Shown: one piece after another, positions 25,993 through 29,226 of the stretch
Numbering within the stretch: position 1 is the stretch's first letter
Layout: each line of letters opens with the position of its first letter
NCBI GenBank assembly: GCA_030431165.1
Contig: JAUIJQ010000001.1
Coordinates: 1-29,226, forward strand
Source: Rhodothermia bacterium
Lineage (GTDB): Bacteria; Bacteroidota; Rhodothermia; Rhodothermales; JABDKH01
DNA: 29,226 nucleotides
Direction of reading: 5' to 3'
Notes under the pieces: generated by a model
The model's database searches: none
Seen by the model: the letters and a program-made list of their open reading frames with translations, nothing else
Told to the model about the DNA's origin: nothing
Program-made: the position numbers and the translations under genes

Positions 25993-28035
25993 TTGAAGGC
26001 GCCGTACCAACGCATAGTACTCGCGCTCTGCATCGCCGGGCTCACCGCTGGCTTGCACCACAAGCTGCAGCGAGCCGGCACCATGCCCGCACCGGAGGCT
26101 CCGCCAGCGACGGACCTGACAATCGCGCAGGAACGTTGCGACACACAGCCGAGCGTCAGCAGCGCAGCCGACAACTACATCGGGAGGATGGTCGGTGAAG
26201 CGCGCCTTCCATCGTCCACCGTTGCTGTGCTGGCCGGAACGGTCGACGTCGATGGGACGCAATACCATCGATTTGCTTTGCAGTTCGCCGACAGCGTCGA
26301 GGTCCGGGGCGCAGGCCTGGTCGTGTCAGTCAACGGTACATGCGAAGTGCGCCTGACAGCGCTGAATATCGATCGTCTCCCGGCAACGCTGCCGGTGGAC
26401 CGCAACGCCTCGTCACAAACGCGCCAAATGGCCGCAAGCATTGGCACAGACGGTGATCACCTGTCGTGGCATGGGTCGGCCGTCGAAGTCGACAGCAGCG
26501 AGCCACTGATTGTTGATCGATGGGTCGCAGACGACCTAGCGTTTGTGGTTAACCGGGCAAACGGGCTGATGGCTAGGCAGGGCACGGTTTCCGGTCACGG
26601 TGCCTACCTGGCGGCTGATGAACACAACCTTGTCCGACCACTTCCTCGCGCGAGCACACCGGGTCGTGACTCGGCGCCCCGCACCTCGCCCGTGGGAACA
26701 GAAACCAGGGTAACCGGCAGCGGGCTCGCCTACCGGACAGATCCGCGTGCGGGTGAGCCGGAGTTGTTGCCGCTTCCCGGATTACTTGGTGACGGCCTAC
26801 ACCTATCCGGCGAGTATGTCTCGGTTTCGTCGCGCCGCTTCGACACCGCTGGCGAGCCGACGCCTAGCTCGGGCCCATCCGGCGAATTCGTGTATGAACC
26901 GGTTTCGAGCATAGACGCAAACTGCGTCCTGTACGTCGACGACTGCAGTCTCATCGACAACGTAAACGCGTACCACCATATTGATCGCTTCGCACGGGAC
27001 TTCTGGATAAGCCGGTTAGGTGTCGATATCAACTTCGCCACAACTGTCTGGACACATACCAGCCAGACGGGTTCTATTGTCCACGGCGACACCATCAGAC
27101 TGGGATCAGGCGGACTCTTCCTGAACAACAATGCGCTCGAAGACGATATCCTGTATCACGAATACACCCACGTCGCGCTGCGTCACCTGGGCTTTGTACC
27201 AGACGTGTTTTCGACAACCCAGCATCGAGCACTGGGGGAAGGATATTCTGACTACTTCGCGTTGACGTTCCTTGATCGGCCCCGTTTTGCCGACTGGGCT
27301 ACGCGTTGTCCCCCGCGACTCGAGTGTGAGGGTCCCGAGGACTCTCAGGAGATACGCACGCTCGCCACGGATCCATCAGAATGGAGCTGGAACTACGGCG
27401 TCCCGTCTGTGCAACTCAAGTACGGGGTGTGTACGCGGAAGCATCTTGAAGACCTGAAGTGCAAGACATCCTGGATGACGTTCGACGAAACGTACGTCTG
27501 GGGCATGATCTGGGGCTCTACGCTTTGGGATATTCGGGAGGCGCTCGGGCCGGATGCCGCTGACGAGCTGGTCGTTACAAGCCTCGCACTAACCGGCGGA
27601 CAGCTCCCGACATTTACGGCGGCATCAGGTGCGATTGTCCTCGCGGATGAGCGGGTTAACGGTGGCGCCAACGCGCCCACGCTGCGCGCAATCTTCGCGG
27701 CAAGGGGCATCACGCCGTTCTTGTCGGCCGGGACGAGTCGGGAGAATGCGGACGGGTCGCGCGTGGACCTGGAACTCGACGTCTGGCCGAATCCGGTTCA
27801 GTCAACGCTTCGGGTCACGGTGCGCGGCGCGATTCAGAGTTCGGCGGGAGATGTCGGTCACGTCAGCGTTTTTGACGCGAGCGGGCGCGCCGTGGCGCGT
27901 GTACCGATAGCAGTAGTGCCCGGGCAGCCTTCGCCCGTGGACCTTGACCTCAACGCGTTTGCCGCAGGCACCTATTTCGTCGTGGCGCAGGTCGGCAATA
28001 ACTCAGCGACACGAACGGTAACGCGAATCAGGTAG
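25993..28035 (+). CDS. T9SS-secreted gluzincin metallopeptidase (M36/M4-like) with propeptide and C-terminal sorting domain
   Basis: Signal-like IVLALCIAGLTAGL; FTP-like HRFALQFADSVEVRGAGLVVSVN; VNAYHH; HEYTH (27157-27171); ALGEGYSDYF (third ligand Glu at 27238-27240); CTD VWPNPVQ...VFDASGRAV...AGTYFV...TRTVTRIR. Confidence 0.85.
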   Translation: MKAPYQRIVLALCIAGLTAGLHHKLQRAGTMPAPEAPPATDLTIAQERCDTQPSVSSAADNYIGRMVGEARLPSSTVAVLAGTVDVDGTQYHRFALQFADSVEVRGAGLVVSVNGTCEVRLTALNIDRLPATLPVDRNASSQTRQMAASIGTDGDHLSWHGSAVEVDSSEPLIVDRWVADDLAFVVNRANGLMARQGTVSGHGAYLAADEHNLVRPLPRASTPGRDSAPRTSPVGTETRVTGSGLAYRTDPRAGEPELLPLPGLLGDGLHLSGEYVSVSSRRFDTAGEPTPSSGPSGEFVYEPVSSIDANCVLYVDDCSLIDNVNAYHHIDRFARDFWISRLGVDINFATTVWTHTSQTGSIVHGDTIRLGSGGLFLNNNALEDDILYHEYTHVALRHLGFVPDVFSTTQHRALGEGYSDYFALTFLDRPRFADWATRCPPRLECEGPEDSQEIRTLATDPSEWSWNYGVPSVQLKYGVCTRKHLEDLKCKTSWMTFDETYVWGMIWGSTLWDIREALGPDAADELVVTSLALTGGQLPTFTAASGAIVLADERVNGGANAPTLRAIFAARGITPFLSAGTSRENADGSRVDLELDVWPNPVQSTLRVTVRGAIQSSAGDVGHVSVFDASGRAVARVPIAVVPGQPSPVDLDLNAFAAGTYFVVAQVGNNSATRTVTRIR

Positions 28036-28101
28036 CCCGACGCGGGTAGCCGGAATCAGGTAGCCCGACGCGGGTAGCCGGAATCAGGTAGCCCGACGCG
28101 G
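28025..28101. repeat. Perfect 28-bp tandem repeat, 2.75 copies, overlapping the peptidase stop codon
   Basis: GAATCAGGTAGCCCGACGCGGGTAGCCG at 28025-28052 and 28053-28080, plus 21 bp at 28081-28101. Confidence 0.96.
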
Positions 28102-28117
28102 TTGACGGCAGCGTTAC

Positions 28118-29226
28118 CTACGCGTAGGTGTTGAGCATTACCGGCATGATGAGCATGAGCATCTGCTCACCTTCGCCCTGTGCGGCCGGCGTAACCACAC
28201 CTGCCCGGTTCGGCGAGCTGAACTCAAAAACAACGTCGTCGGTATCGACGTTGTTGAGGACTTCGGTCAGGTAGACGGCGTTGAATCCGATCTCCATGGG
28301 CTCGCCTTCGTACTCTGCGAGCACGGTCTCGTGCGCCTCACTTGAGCGCTCGATGTCCTCTGCTGAAACCTCGACCCGTTCGGGCTGGAGGTTCATGCGG
28401 AGCTGATGGGTCATGCTGGACGAGTAGAGGCCCACCCGCTTGACCGCAGCAAGCAGCGAATTGCGGTTCACCGTAAGCGTACGGTCGTTCTCAGCCGGGA
28501 TGACCGCCTCGTAGTTCGGGTACGTCTCGGCAATCTGCCGTGCGAGTACGCGGGACTTTCCAAAATCAAACGCGACGTAGGAGTCGTCGACTGTCACCGA
28601 GCAGTCTTCGTCGGCGGCAATCTTCCCGGCCAGCGCCATGGCCTTCTCGGGTACGATGAACTCGATGTTCTCCTTGGAGGAGAGCCCATTGAGTGTCAGC
28701 TTGACGAGACGATGGCCGTCGGTGGCGACGGCGCGTCCGCGCGAACCGTGGATCTGGAAGAAGATCCCCATCATGGCCGGTCGCAGTGCGTCTTTCGAAA
28801 CAGCAAAACCCGTCTTCTGTACGGCACGCTTGATGACGCCGCTGTCAGTCTTGATCACGGTGCCGTCTTTCATTTCGGGAAGCGACGGATAATCGGCGCC
28901 GTCCTGGCCGACCATCTTGTACACACCCTGATCGGTCTTAAGCGTGACGTTGAACTCCTCGTCGGCTGTAAAATCAACCGGGAGGTCAGGCAGCGCACGA
29001 AGCGTATCCATCACCCGCTTTGCCGGGACCGCGACCCGTGCATCCTTGGCCGTTCCGTTTGTCTCGAACTGCACCGACATGGTCTGGACGATTGAGATTT
29101 CCAGGTCGGTGGCACTCAACCTGAGACCATCCTTCGTACTCTCGAACAGAATGCATTCGAGAATCGGCATGGTGCTCTTTGTCGGTACGGCGCCGCCGAC
29201 TGAGGCGAGCGCCTTCAATAGTTCAG
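28118..29226 (-). CDS. dnaN: DNA polymerase III beta sliding clamp; 5' end beyond window
   Basis: PILECILF, ATDLEI, ALRPAMMG, ATDGHRL, YPNYEAVIP, IGFNAVYL, LIMPV. The frame stays open upstream of the track's TTG (..ELLKAL), so the true start is outside the window. Confidence 0.97.
   Translation of the reverse strand, partial: ELLKALASVGGAVPTKSTMPILECILFESTKDGLRLSATDLEISIVQTMSVQFETNGTAKDARVAVPAKRVMDTLRALPDLPVDFTADEEFNVTLKTDQGVYKMVGQDGADYPSLPEMKDGTVIKTDSGVIKRAVQKTGFAVSKDALRPAMMGIFFQIHGSRGRAVATDGHRLVKLTLNGLSSKENIEFIVPEKAMALAGKIAADEDCSVTVDDSYVAFDFGKSRVLARQIAETYPNYEAVIPAENDRTLTVNRNSLLAAVKRVGLYSSSMTHQLRMNLQPERVEVSAEDIERSSEAHETVLAEYEGEPMEIGFNAVYLTEVLNNVDTDDVVFEFSSPNRAGVVTPAAQGEGEQMLMLIMPVMLNTYA

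Noticed and set aside
28116-28129. 14-bp perfect palindrome ACCTACGCGTAGGT at the dnaN stop
   Set aside because: Largely within coding sequence, single occurrence, no U-tract; plausible by chance.

Overview
GC-rich bacterial chromosomal window, most likely Rhodothermota or a related FCB-group lineage (inferred from a T9SS C-terminal sorting domain, the rplM-rpsI-rpsB-tsf-pyrH-frr order, the yicC-gmk-coaBC-udg-dnaB block and several starts without Shine-Dalgarno sequences). From left to right: (i) an ECF sigma factor (TIGR02999/ECF43-like) overlapping a membrane Ser/Thr kinase that runs off the left edge; (ii) an accessory block with a ThuA-GSDH-PKD-cytochrome c-CBM lipoprotein, a convergent 2OG-Fe(II) oxygenase, an Ig/LVIVD protein, two Gfo/Idh/MocA oxidoreductases flanking an NRAMP-fold transporter, and a TerC protein; (iii) minus-strand core genes dnaB, udg, coaBC, gmk, yicC, tRNA-Ser(GGA), frr, pyrH, tsf, rpsB, rpsI, rplM; (iv) a divergent ECF-like sigma, a single-pass membrane protein and a T9SS-secreted gluzincin peptidase; (v) dnaN, cut by the right edge. 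No CRISPR array, integrase or transposase was seen. The most notable items are an NRAMP-like transporter missing all its metal ligands inside a sugar-redox operon, a family-4 UDG missing all four [4Fe-4S] cysteines, three unrelated-length intergenic tandem arrays (13 bp, 10/20 bp, 28 bp), two sigma-factor signalling modules, and no rpoZ between gmk and coaBC. All family assignments are from motif recognition by eye; no database searches were run.
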